A DNA stretch of 45,615 nucleotides from Candidatus Micrarchaeota archaeon (GCA_023270015.1 JAGDXZ010000030.1:1-45615); one strand, 5' to 3'; counted from the first letter of the stretch, positions 16,516 to 26,363 are shown. Notes: a model not told the origin generated them from the sequence alone. Program-made: numbers and translations.

Positions 16516-18477
16516 ATGCGAAACTTGCTATGGCTCCCTCTGCTTTTTATACTAACAGCAAGTATTGCAAATGCAGAGTACTGGTTTCAATCCGGAGCAA
16601 GGGCTGGAAATAGCGCTGCTTGGAATAATGGAGCAATGGTAAGCATACAAACCATAGAGCCACAACATCCGGTAAGCGGATCTATGGCTTTCTGGGTTGG
16701 AGAAAATCTTGACAACGGCGCCTTCTTGCAGATAGGGTATACAATAGAAAACCAAACTGGTGAATATCCTAACAACTGCACAACTGCCGGGTGCTCAGGG
16801 CACGTTTACCTCACCGCAGGCAATGCTACTTGGTTTTACGAATACTTCCTTCCTGGAAAGAACTCATCATTTCTAGGAGAACTTGGACCTGACGGAGCTG
16901 CTGGCCCCAACGGCACATTTCACACATATGGCTTTTATTCGCTTGGAAACACCTGGTATTTCTTGTTTGACGGAAAAGTAATAGGCAAAGTGGATCTTGG
17001 AACTGATAGCTCAGGGCCTAACCCGCCAGTTGCGATAGCAGAGCTTGCCAATAGTAGCGGCTATGAAAGCTATATGAAGCCTGTAATATTTGCAAACCTC
17101 TCCGCTTACAAATATGACCAATTCTTGCCTGTCGAAAACGCATACGCTGTGGTTTCTTACGGCTATGGCAGCAAAACAAACATACCAAACACATATGGTG
17201 TTGAAGAACTTGACAACCGCGTTAATTTTTTTGAAGTTGGAAGTGGTTTGCCAACTTCTACAAATGGCACCGAACTTTGGCATCTAGGGTATTGGCTAAA
17301 AATATCTGCACCAATTAGGAATCTAAGCAGCAGCATAGAATATGCCGCGTATTCTCAGATTCCCATAAGTGTGCCCAAAATAATACAAATCAATAGCACA
17401 GCTAGGCTAGTTTTCAGCAATTGGATAGGATATGGAGTAGGGTCTTACTCGGGCACATCGAATTATAGCATCGTGACAATGTACAGCAACATAACAGAAC
17501 GGGCAGTGTACACGCTCGAATATTTTGTAAATGTATCATCTAGCTTTCCAACTTATGGCACTGGCTGGTATGCTGCAAACGCTACTGCAAAATACGGAGT
17601 TGAGAAAAGCATTATATACATTACAAACCAGTCGAGGTTTGTGTTTTCTTCATGGAGCAATGGCAATCTCCAACCTAACGGAACAGTCAAAGTTACCTCG
17701 CCTCTTAAGCTTATAGGAGCCTACAGTCAGCAGTTCTTGGTAGAGGTAAGCTCGCAGTACGGGAACACAACAGGTAGCGGTTGGGTGAACGCAGGCAAAA
17801 AGGACATAATAAGCGTAACAAGCCCGTTCAAAAACATCTCAAACACTGAAAGGCTGGCTTTCAGCGAATGGAGCAACGGCTCTGCCGAACCAAAATTAGA
17901 AGTAAATGTAACAAAACCCATTACACTAACCGCACTTTATGTTTATCAATTCAAGCACGTCATCCATGCGGAAAATGCTTACAATATGACTGTTTTTCCA
18001 AAGTGGTACTTAATCAATGGCGAGCAATACAACAGCACTCCCTTCCTAGAAAACGGTACATACGAAATAACCGGAGCCTATTTTGCTGGCGTATTGATTA
18101 ATGTCAGCAAGACTTTCTCAGCATTGGGCCCTAATAACATAACACTAACTCTGCCCATCTACAATGTTTTGTTAGAAGCACACGACCTTTTCGGCATGCC
18201 AGTAAACACGTCGATAACGATTACATTTCCAAATGGAACTACTGTGCAAGAATATACTGGCGCTTCTGGAAGCATCGCGTTCTACAACGTACCATACGGC
18301 CGCGTTGAAGGACGTGCAAATTATCTTACCCCTGTAAGCTTCGCAGCTTCGGACGGCAAGCCAGTAACAATAACTCTAGTTTCTCCGGCAAACTTAGCTG
18401 TGATAATAGTAATAAGCCTTATAACTATTCTATTCTTAATTTGGATTAGAAAGGAAAAGAAGCTGGTGGCAAAATGA
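16516..18477 (+). CDS. secreted, C-terminally anchored glycoprotein; possible glutamic-peptidase (G1)-like N-terminal domain plus repeated beta modules
   Basis: Signal peptide MRNLLWLPLLFILTASIANA and C-terminal TM VIIVISLITILFLIWIRKEKK. More than 20 N-x-S/T sequons. It has three R[LF].FS.WSNG... repeats and FWVGENLDNGAFLQIG / TWFYEYFLPG / AIAELAN motifs. Confidence 0.6.
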   Translation: MRNLLWLPLLFILTASIANAEYWFQSGARAGNSAAWNNGAMVSIQTIEPQHPVSGSMAFWVGENLDNGAFLQIGYTIENQTGEYPNNCTTAGCSGHVYLTAGNATWFYEYFLPGKNSSFLGELGPDGAAGPNGTFHTYGFYSLGNTWYFLFDGKVIGKVDLGTDSSGPNPPVAIAELANSSGYESYMKPVIFANLSAYKYDQFLPVENAYAVVSYGYGSKTNIPNTYGVEELDNRVNFFEVGSGLPTSTNGTELWHLGYWLKISAPIRNLSSSIEYAAYSQIPISVPKIIQINSTARLVFSNWIGYGVGSYSGTSNYSIVTMYSNITERAVYTLEYFVNVSSSFPTYGTGWYAANATAKYGVEKSIIYITNQSRFVFSSWSNGNLQPNGTVKVTSPLKLIGAYSQQFLVEVSSQYGNTTGSGWVNAGKKDIISVTSPFKNISNTERLAFSEWSNGSAEPKLEVNVTKPITLTALYVYQFKHVIHAENAYNMTVFPKWYLINGEQYNSTPFLENGTYEITGAYFAGVLINVSKTFSALGPNNITLTLPIYNVLLEAHDLFGMPVNTSITITFPNGTTVQEYTGASGSIAFYNVPYGRVEGRANYLTPVSFAASDGKPVTITLVSPANLAVIIVISLITILFLIWIRKEKKLVAK

Positions 18478-19016
18478 AGGTTGCTATAATAATACCTTGC
18501 AACGATTTTAAAGATGAAACGCTTTCTCAGGCAAAGCTGTTGCTGAAGAAAAAGGACATAGACTTCGCTATATTGAGCTTCAGGTTTGATAAATGCAAAG
18601 GCTATCATGGTGCAATAGAATCGCCTGATGGTCGAGCAGACGAGTTCGAGCCTGAATTTTTTGATGGCATATTACTTGTAGATGGACCAGGCATAGATGC
18701 TGAAAGGCTTTTTGAAAACAGGCCGTTGCTAGATAGGATAAAACTTGCTTATGAGGGCAAAAGGCCAATAGCGGCTGTCGGAAATGCAATAAAGATACTA
18801 GCAAAGGCGAACATAGTAAAAGGGGTAAAGCTTGCAAAAGTCGAAGATGAAGAGACTAAGAGGCTGGTAGGGCTTTACCAAGGAGCTATTTCAAACCTTG
18901 ACTTTTCTTCTAGCAAAGGCATAGTAACTGCTTCTGACAGCTCGAAAATGCAAGACCTGATTGCCTCTTTTGAGGAAATGCTGAGGAGCAGGCCAACCGC
19001 TCCAAGGCCACTATAG
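18474..19016 (+). CDS. DJ-1/PfpI-fold protein lacking the nucleophile Cys
   Basis: MKVAIII...DGILLVDGPG...GKRPIAAVGNAIKILAKANIVKG aligns by eye with the DJ-1/PfpI pattern (..KPVAAICHGP..L). It has Gly-Asn where Cys-His is expected. ATGA overlap with the upstream gene. Confidence 0.5.
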   Translation: MKVAIIIPCNDFKDETLSQAKLLLKKKDIDFAILSFRFDKCKGYHGAIESPDGRADEFEPEFFDGILLVDGPGIDAERLFENRPLLDRIKLAYEGKRPIAAVGNAIKILAKANIVKGVKLAKVEDEETKRLVGLYQGAISNLDFSSSKGIVTASDSSKMQDLIASFEEMLRSRPTAPRPL

Positions 19017-19331
19017 CTTTGCCCTTAGAAATATTTTCTTTTCGGCTCCGCATTCGCATTTACATACCAAATAACCAGGGTTGCCACTAACCTTTCTTAC
19101 ACTGCAATTTATCCCTGGAATTAGGAAGTTGTTACATTTTTTGCAGATCTTTTGTTTAAGCTCCTTTGGGATTTTAACACGATAGTGAGCGCTAATTTCC
19201 CTAGCCAGCTTCACATAACGTTTTTCAAGCATCCTGCTATACTCAGTGTTTTCCCTCGCTTTCTCTTCTGCAAGCTCGAGAAGCCTTTTTATACGCTCAA
19301 ACGCGATTTCTTTTACTACCTTGTTCTCCAC
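19011..19331 (-). CDS. rnp4: RNase P protein component 4 (Rpp21/Rpr2 family)
   Basis: ERIKRLLELAEE ... YVKLAREISAHYRVKIPKELKQKICKKCNNFLIPGINCSVR ... CKCECG Zn-ribbon pattern. Confidence 0.8.
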   Translation of the reverse strand: MENKVVKEIAFERIKRLLELAEEKARENTEYSRMLEKRYVKLAREISAHYRVKIPKELKQKICKKCNNFLIPGINCSVRKVSGNPGYLVCKCECGAEKKIFLRAKL

Positions 19332-19370
19332 AAAAAGAATTATGCTAGCAGATTTATTATGCTATAAGCC

Positions 19371-22300
19371 TCAGCCAGGCATTGTATAGTTGTTGTGTAC
19401 CCAGCTTGGCTTAGGCGTGTGCTGTGGCAAAGTACCTGTAAAGTTCTCAAGCTCATATATAACCACTGGGTATGTGCCGTTTATGTAGTTTATGCCTGTA
19501 AAGTTGCTCGGGTAAACAAGCTTGAACCCAGGAAGCTTTCCTAGATAGAAGCCACGGTAGTAGTTTGATTGGTAAAATTCAGAAGGTGCAGATACTGTGC
19601 CATTGGCGTTTGGCAGATAAAGCAGCATGAAAGATATGTATGGAATGCCTGAGATGGTTAAACTACCTTGATAAAACTGTGAAGTAGGCACAAGCACCGC
19701 GTTTGATCTAGTCCCGTTCGGATAATACAGGTATGTGTAACGCGTGAAGTTTGAAGGCACGCAGTAGGTTATGTTTGTTAGCGTATCTCCTACTAGCACT
19801 ATTCCCTTGAGCAAAGTTTCATTGCCGAGAGATTTTATTGGCGCACAGAAAGAGCTTAGAGAGGTCGTTTGCAAAGGAAGCAGCAATATTGCTGGATCGT
19901 GCTTTATTTCACATTGAGAAGTGCCTAGCACATATGGCTGGTTTGTGCCATTTGCAGCTGCCTTGGCGAATGCCATGCTGGTCTGGTTTATATGAATGCA
20001 GGCAAGAAAATCGAGCGCACCCCACTTCTGTGTAAGGGCGTTATCAAATAGAACGTATTTAGCCTGAACTGAGTCTGAGAAGTTTGCAAGATTTGCAGGG
20101 CCGTAGCCATCCTGAGGCCCGAGGACATACCTTGCCGCTGTGGCGTAGTCCAATGTCGGTACTGCGTTATCTCCTCTCAATACAGCATTGCTGTTGCCAA
20201 ACCAGTTTATCCAGTCCCCGTAATCCCACCAAGAAAGTATGCGAGGCCCATAAGGACCCACATTCTGCCTCATCCATGCAGTAGCGTTAAGCCAGTAGTT
20301 TGGAACTAGATTGCAGAACATATCGTAGCCTATTGAATTTACGTGCGGAGGAGTAGCCATTGCGGTGCAGTTGCCCCTCTCCGCGTAGCCACTAAATATG
20401 TTTACAAAGGTTGGCACCGCCTCTGCGAGCATCACCAAAACAAGGAAGATGACAAATGCTGTAAAGTATTTGTTGGAGAAATCGAGCGCTATTCCTCTTT
20501 TCTTCATTAACATAAGAACTTCGCCCACTATTATGCCAAGCATAATCGTATACGCAACTCCGAAATGAGGCAAGTACTTCACTTCTATCATTGCCGCATA
20601 TGCCAGTGGCAAAGTTGCTGCTAAGAAGAGCAGGCTTACCCTAGAATCGCGGTAGACTATTGACAGAATAGATACAATTGTGAAGAGAATTAGCACAAAC
20701 CAGACGATGGCGTTTATTCCTATTATTCCAAAGCCACCTGCTGCGAAATCATAGCCGAATCCAGTTGGCGCAAATTCTTGCACCGTCATGAAAAGAGGAG
20801 AAGAAGGTGAAGTGAAGTGCTTGCTTAACGCAAGGTAAGAAGTTAGCGCCTTGTGGACTGGCGTAGCAAAGGCAAAAACTAAGACAAGGAAGGAAAGCAG
20901 CACCAGAACGGAGTACCTGGCAAACTGCTTTTCGTACTTTCTAAGCCCTCCCTTAACATATGCTGCAACAACTCCTGCTATTCCTATAACTGAGGCGATT
21001 GAAATCGCATAGACGAGCGAAGTCCTTTTCTCCAGCTTTGGCGTCGCATACCTCACGATCAAATCAGCTATTGCAACTATTATCAAGGCGTACAGCGCAA
21101 AACCCAATGTTATCGGCACGCCAAAAATGTTTGGTATTCTTTCCTCAAGGGTAGCCCTGTATGGTTGGTAGAGTGCTAGGAAAATGGCAATTACTGCAAG
21201 CACGGTCGCATTCATTTTGTAGAAGTCTTTTGAAATCTTGCCATGCCTGATCAAATCAACAATACCTTGAAGCAGTATGTACAGAGCCAGAACACCTGCG
21301 TCAACGGTGTAGTAGTGGGCACCCAAGAAAGTTGATGCAAAGGCTATGCCAGCCAAAACAGCAAACCTAAGATCCTCGGGGTTGTTAACAGCAAGCGCAT
21401 AGGCTACATAAAAGAAGAACAAGGTAAAAATGCCCCATGGTTCTAGAAGCTGCTCTCCAGCAATAAACGTGGTCACTATGACGGGCATTGATGCTACAAG
21501 GACGCTGCCGAATATTGCTGGAATCTTGCCGTATTCATGGTATAGGAACATGAAAACTACAAACACGAGCATTGCCGCCACTATTGGCGGATAGAAGCTG
21601 CTCACATAGCTAAGCAATGCGGTGCTTACGGAAGTCGCCGATGCTTTGGCAGTATTTGCTAGTTGGTACCAAAACGCTTCTAAGTAGGGCACTATCGGCT
21701 GTATTCTGTGCGGAGAGCCAGCAGTAAGTACAGGCCATGCAGAAAAATCATGCAAATATTGATAGCCAAACACCAAAATAGACTCTGTGCTCAGCATGTC
21801 AAAGTAAGGATCGAACTCAAAGAATTTCGGCGCAATGCCTATGTTAATTATCCTCGTAAAGAAGGTGAAGAGAACAAGAACTAAAACAAAAGTCCATAGC
21901 AGAGTGTTGTTTTCCCTTGCCTTCTCCGGCTTTCCTTCTAGCAGCAGCCTTTCCTCCTTTTCATGCCTTGCGAGAAGCTCTTCCTCCTCCTTTTTGTGCA
22001 GCTCTTCTATTTTTGTCCTTTCTTCAATGCCCGCATCTTTAAGCCGTTCAAGTTCCTCCCTGTGCTTTCTTCTCAGCATTTCTTCCTCTTCCTCGTGCTC
22101 TCTGATTAGCTTCTCATCTATGCCCAGCGCCCTGATCCTGTTCCTCAATTCATAAATTGTTTCTTTCCTTTCTTCACGCAACTTGCTTTCGGGTTTAGGA
22201 AGCTTGAGCAAACCTTGCAGCCAAATAAGAGCAAGTCCCACTATTGAAAGCAAAGCTACGTTAACTTCGTACAACCCTGCTGAGAAGGTGAAAGCATGAA

Positions 22301-22484
22301 TATAATCCATGAAATAGGATTCAAACCATGTAAGAACGGGTGGGAAAATTAGACCGAAAATAAAGCCGATCATGGTTATCTCAAACAGATGCAGTTTGGT
22401 TTTTGCAAGAAGAGCGTAAGCTAGCAGAAAGCCGGGAACGATTATACTCAGGAATGCCACTGAGAACGCATAAAGAATTGACAT
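19371..22484 (-). CDS. aglB: archaeal oligosaccharyltransferase AglB (STT3 family) with N-terminal extension
   Basis: WWDYGDW motif and an EFDPYFDM (STT3 DxD-type) motif after residue ~215. Multi-TM core with a large sequon-rich C-terminal domain. Confidence 0.9.
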   Translation of the reverse strand: MSILYAFSVAFLSIIVPGFLLAYALLAKTKLHLFEITMIGFIFGLIFPPVLTWFESYFMDYIHAFTFSAGLYEVNVALLSIVGLALIWLQGLLKLPKPESKLREERKETIYELRNRIRALGIDEKLIREHEEEEEMLRRKHREELERLKDAGIEERTKIEELHKKEEEELLARHEKEERLLLEGKPEKARENNTLLWTFVLVLVLFTFFTRIINIGIAPKFFEFDPYFDMLSTESILVFGYQYLHDFSAWPVLTAGSPHRIQPIVPYLEAFWYQLANTAKASATSVSTALLSYVSSFYPPIVAAMLVFVVFMFLYHEYGKIPAIFGSVLVASMPVIVTTFIAGEQLLEPWGIFTLFFFYVAYALAVNNPEDLRFAVLAGIAFASTFLGAHYYTVDAGVLALYILLQGIVDLIRHGKISKDFYKMNATVLAVIAIFLALYQPYRATLEERIPNIFGVPITLGFALYALIIVAIADLIVRYATPKLEKRTSLVYAISIASVIGIAGVVAAYVKGGLRKYEKQFARYSVLVLLSFLVLVFAFATPVHKALTSYLALSKHFTSPSSPLFMTVQEFAPTGFGYDFAAGGFGIIGINAIVWFVLILFTIVSILSIVYRDSRVSLLFLAATLPLAYAAMIEVKYLPHFGVAYTIMLGIIVGEVLMLMKKRGIALDFSNKYFTAFVIFLVLVMLAEAVPTFVNIFSGYAERGNCTAMATPPHVNSIGYDMFCNLVPNYWLNATAWMRQNVGPYGPRILSWWDYGDWINWFGNSNAVLRGDNAVPTLDYATAARYVLGPQDGYGPANLANFSDSVQAKYVLFDNALTQKWGALDFLACIHINQTSMAFAKAAANGTNQPYVLGTSQCEIKHDPAILLLPLQTTSLSSFCAPIKSLGNETLLKGIVLVGDTLTNITYCVPSNFTRYTYLYYPNGTRSNAVLVPTSQFYQGSLTISGIPYISFMLLYLPNANGTVSAPSEFYQSNYYRGFYLGKLPGFKLVYPSNFTGINYINGTYPVVIYELENFTGTLPQHTPKPSWVHNNYTMPG

Positions 22485-22537
22485 AAGCTAACCTAAGTAT
22501 GTATGTTTAAAAATAAAAAGAATATAAAGATTGTTTT

Positions 22538-23629
22538 ATGGCAAAACAAAAGGTAAGCATAGTAGGGGCGGGCACGGCTGGAGCCATACTTGCCAAAAAC
22601 CTTGCCAAATTGGGAATACACGCAGTTGTTTATGATAGAAAATACAAGCCTGGAAGCCCGCAGATGGCAAGCGGAATACTCTCAATAAGAGGTCTTGAAA
22701 GTCTGAAAATAAATTACAAAAAAGCAGTAACAAACACGTTATACGGCGCTAGGGTCCATGCTGGCAAATCGATTTTAAAAATCCTTTCGGAAAAACCGCA
22801 GGCACATGTTGTAGACAGGCAAGCGCTTAATGAGATTTGCATAGAGGAAGCAAAAGAAGCAGGCGCAGAGTTTGTACTTGGTAAGCAGATAGGCTCGAAT
22901 GAGCTAAACGAGCTAAGCAGAGAGAGCATAGTCGTTGGCGCTGATGGGGCTGTGTCTACTGTTGCAAAGCATTTCGGCCTTTCTGGTAAGACCACATATA
23001 TTTTAACTTATAGGGCAGAATATGAGTGGCCGAATGAGGAAAAATCAGTAGACATATTTTTTGATAACCGCGTATCGCCAGGCTTTTTCTCATGGATAGC
23101 ACCAGTATCTAAGGATGTAATAGAGCTTGCTACAGGCATCGATGCTAGGTTCGGAAATGCCAAGTTTGCGTTTGAAAAATTTGTAAAAGCCTATGCCTTA
23201 GACATCGCTAAAAAGAAGCCAATAAGGGCATACGCAAGCATCATACCCTTGATATCCAAAAAAAGAATAGTGGATGAGAGGCGTGGGGTATTGCTAGTAG
23301 GGGATGCTGCAGGCCAAGTAAAGGCGAGTACCGGCGGAGGAGTAATACTTGGAGGAAACGCTGCAATCATCGCTGCGTGGGCAATAAAGGAAAACTTGGA
23401 AAGAAATGCACCTCTAAATAGCTATGAAAAGGCCTTCTATAAGAAATTTGGAGTTGACTTGCTACTGCATAGGCTTGTCCATCGCGTCTATTCCTCTCTT
23501 GATACGAAAGGTATGGAAATTGCGATAAACATAATGAACGCAGTAGGTATTGGAGAGTTTCTCAGCAAGCACGGAGACATGGACAGCCCGAGCCTGATTA
23601 TTAAAAGATTTTTACACATGAGCCGCTAA
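22538..23629 (+). CDS. geranylgeranyl reductase family FAD-dependent oxidoreductase
   Basis: Motifs VSIVGAGTAGAILA (GxGxxG), VVGADGAVSTVA and LLVGDAAGQVKASTGGGV. Confidence 0.7.
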   Translation: MAKQKVSIVGAGTAGAILAKNLAKLGIHAVVYDRKYKPGSPQMASGILSIRGLESLKINYKKAVTNTLYGARVHAGKSILKILSEKPQAHVVDRQALNEICIEEAKEAGAEFVLGKQIGSNELNELSRESIVVGADGAVSTVAKHFGLSGKTTYILTYRAEYEWPNEEKSVDIFFDNRVSPGFFSWIAPVSKDVIELATGIDARFGNAKFAFEKFVKAYALDIAKKKPIRAYASIIPLISKKRIVDERRGVLLVGDAAGQVKASTGGGVILGGNAAIIAAWAIKENLERNAPLNSYEKAFYKKFGVDLLLHRLVHRVYSSLDTKGMEIAINIMNAVGIGEFLSKHGDMDSPSLIIKRFLHMSR

Positions 23630-23682
23630 AGTGCATGGGGAGATTGATTTATATTTTTAATATCTAATTACTTTCTGATAGA

Positions 23683-24363
23683 ATGGTTGCTGATGCAAAC
23701 GTCAACATAAGCTTTTTGGATGTTGCATGCCTTTTGCGCATAACTCCTGACACCACCCTTGAGAAGTTTGGAAGCCTAATAAATGCGAGTGTTTTCGACG
23801 CCGCAAATCTTGCAGGGACTCTTAAGCAGAAGGGACTTGTAGACTTTTCCTCAGGGTTCCCTGGACCTACCGCCATGCAACTTACCGACTCTGCAAAAGC
23901 GCTGATTAACGAACTTGATGCAAAGGCGGGAGAGCCCCTTGATAGCCTTGATGAAGAGATACTATTTCAGCTATCTGGAGGAAAGCGCATACCTTCAGAG
24001 TTGCAGACCGCATTAAATATAGTACCTAGAGACCTCGCCTTTAGGCTCTATAAGCTCTACAAGCAGAACTTGCTAAATTATGAGCTTAAAAATGGCAACG
24101 TGGAATTGCTACTGACGGAGCAAGGATTTCTCAGGGCGAAGGAAAAGGCAAAGGCACAGCAGACAGCACAACAAGCTCAACCTCAGGCTCAAGCGCAAGC
24201 AGAAGGCGGCTTAGGACAAGAGGTGCAGAATGAAATTGAAATTCAACAGGCACTTGGGATGAAGAAAAGCAATAGCAAGAAAGGAATCATAGGTCTTGTG
24301 ATTCTAATCGTCATCTTAATAATAGTTCTCCTTGCAGTATTGGCCGCTAAGCACATAATATAG
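23683..24363 (+). CDS. hypothetical membrane-anchored protein (winged-helix-like repeats, Q/A-rich linker, C-terminal TM)
   Basis: 226 aa with a QQTAQQAQPQAQAQAEG linker. The C-terminus is GIIGLVILIVILIIVLLAVLAA. Confidence 0.45.
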   Translation: MVADANVNISFLDVACLLRITPDTTLEKFGSLINASVFDAANLAGTLKQKGLVDFSSGFPGPTAMQLTDSAKALINELDAKAGEPLDSLDEEILFQLSGGKRIPSELQTALNIVPRDLAFRLYKLYKQNLLNYELKNGNVELLLTEQGFLRAKEKAKAQQTAQQAQPQAQAQAEGGLGQEVQNEIEIQQALGMKKSNSKKGIIGLVILIVILIIVLLAVLAAKHII

Positions 24364-24372
24364 GTGTGATTT

Positions 24373-24984
24373 ATGCTCTTAGAATATTTCAAAGCAAAGG
24401 CGTTACTTGATAAATTTGGGATAAAGAGCGTTGACGCCAAGTATGTAAAAACGCCAGACGAGGCAATAGCCTTTGCCAACGGAGACGCGATTGTCTTGAA
24501 AGCGCTTTCTGACAAAGCCATACATAAGTCAAAGGCTGGCTTGGTGATGCTGAACTTGGATTCTGAAAAGGCTATAAGAGAAGCTTTCAGCAGGCTTTCC
24601 GAAAATGCGAAGCCCTATGCGCCTTACAAAATACTTGCACAGAAAATGAGCAGTGGCGGAGTCGAGGCAATACTGGGCGGCAACACAGATGAGCAATTTG
24701 GAAAGGTAGTTCTCATAGGGCTTGGCGGCGTATACGTAGAAGTATTCAAAGACACAGCTCTGAGGCTTTGCCCTCTTACCCGCTATGATGCAATAGAAAT
24801 GATAAATCAACTGAAAGCAAAAGACATAATTACACACAACGGCAAAGCTACAAGCATGCTAGTAAATCTGCTAATGAAATTTTCCAAACTTTTCGAAAAA
24901 AGCAACGTAAAAGAGGTAGACCTTAATCCTGTGTTTATAAGAGAAAACGACTATGAGGTCGTGGACATTAGGATGATAATATGA
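24373..24984 (+). CDS. acdB: ADP-forming acetyl-CoA synthetase, beta subunit (ATP-grasp)
   Basis: LLEYFKAKALLDKFGI...VLKA...HKSKAGLVMLNL pattern. ATGA overlap with the alpha subunit. Confidence 0.75.
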   Translation: MLLEYFKAKALLDKFGIKSVDAKYVKTPDEAIAFANGDAIVLKALSDKAIHKSKAGLVMLNLDSEKAIREAFSRLSENAKPYAPYKILAQKMSSGGVEAILGGNTDEQFGKVVLIGLGGVYVEVFKDTALRLCPLTRYDAIEMINQLKAKDIITHNGKATSMLVNLLMKFSKLFEKSNVKEVDLNPVFIRENDYEVVDIRMII

Positions 24985-26363
24985 ACAACCTTAAGTTCAT
25001 GTTAAAGCCTAAAAGCGTAGCTATTATCGGTGCATCTAGAGTACCGGGCAAGGCAGGAAGAGTCATACTTGAAAATTACATAAACACCGGCTATTCTGGC
25101 AAGCTTTACCCTGTCAATCCTAACGCAGAGAATCTGCTTGGCTTGAAAGCATATGCACATGTTAGCGAGATAAAAGGCAACATAGACCTTGCAGTTATAG
25201 CCGTGCCCGCACCCGTAGTGCCGGAAGTACTTGAGGAATGCGGCAAAAAGAAGGTCAAAAGCGCGGTAGTGATAAGTGGCGGCTTTGCCGAAGTTGGCAA
25301 TAAAGAGCTACAGGACAAAATCGTGAAGATTGCTGAAAAGTACAATATTGCTGTGCTTGGCCCAAACTGCTTAGGAGTGCTGGATACCCGCTCAAGGGTC
25401 AATACCCTGTTCTTGCCTACGTATAAGTTGAGCGAGCCCAGAGTAGGCTACGTCAGTTTCGTCTCACAGAGCGGCGCTGTTGGCAGCACAGTACTAGATG
25501 TCATAGAGGGCGAGGGCTTTGGCCTTTCGAAATTCTTTTCATACGGCAATGCTGCTGCAATTGATGAAACAGACATACTTAACTATCTGCTAAAGGATAA
25601 AGAAACCAAAGTAGTAGTAATGTACATTGAGGGCATAAAACGCGGGGCGGAGTTCGTCAAAGTAGCAAAGAAAATATCGATGAAAAAACCAGTAATTGTA
25701 CTTAAGGCGGGAAGAACCTCGGCTGGCGCGAGCGCCGCACATTCTCATACTGCCTCGCTGGCAGGCAATTATGCTGTACAAGAGGCGATATTCAAGCAGT
25801 TTGGCTTTACAGTCGCTGAAGATTTGGAAGATCTCATCACTTATGCCAAGATATTCAGCCTTGAAGAGGAAACTGCAGGGAACAATGTTGCAGTAATAAC
25901 CAACGGCGGAGGGACTGGAGTGCTTACTGCAGACGAAATCGGGTCTTCTGGAAAGCTTAGGCTTGCAGAATTCAGCGAAGAAACGAAAGAGGCGCTAAGA
26001 AAGGCAATGCCACCTATCGTAAATATAGCAGACCCGCTTGACCTAGCTGGCGATGCTGACGCTGAAAGATTTGGCAAAGCACTTGAGCTTGTAAGCAAGG
26101 ATCCTAATGTAGACATGATCATTGCCATCGTTCTATTCCAAACGCCTGGCGCAGATTCTACAGTAGCTGCAGAAATAATAAAACAGAAAAACACCACAGA
26201 TAAGCCAGTAGTAGTAATAAGCCCTGGCTCCTCCTACACTGCAATGCAAAAAATAATGATGGAAAGCGGAGGCGTTCCTGTTTACGATTCGCCAGCTTCC
26301 GCTGTCAAGGCGCTGACTGCGCTATTGGACTACTCAAACTATAGAAAAAGAAAAACAGACTAA
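24981..26363 (+). CDS. acdA: ADP-forming acetyl-CoA synthetase, alpha subunit (CoA-binding/ligase-CoA domains)
   Basis: PKSVAIIGASRVPGKAGRVIL...LYPVNP and SQSGAVGS motifs, plus the AAHSHTASLAG phospho-His loop. Confidence 0.85.
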   Translation: MNNLKFMLKPKSVAIIGASRVPGKAGRVILENYINTGYSGKLYPVNPNAENLLGLKAYAHVSEIKGNIDLAVIAVPAPVVPEVLEECGKKKVKSAVVISGGFAEVGNKELQDKIVKIAEKYNIAVLGPNCLGVLDTRSRVNTLFLPTYKLSEPRVGYVSFVSQSGAVGSTVLDVIEGEGFGLSKFFSYGNAAAIDETDILNYLLKDKETKVVVMYIEGIKRGAEFVKVAKKISMKKPVIVLKAGRTSAGASAAHSHTASLAGNYAVQEAIFKQFGFTVAEDLEDLITYAKIFSLEEETAGNNVAVITNGGGTGVLTADEIGSSGKLRLAEFSEETKEALRKAMPPIVNIADPLDLAGDADAERFGKALELVSKDPNVDMIIAIVLFQTPGADSTVAAEIIKQKNTTDKPVVVISPGSSYTAMQKIMMESGGVPVYDSPASAVKALTALLDYSNYRKRKTD

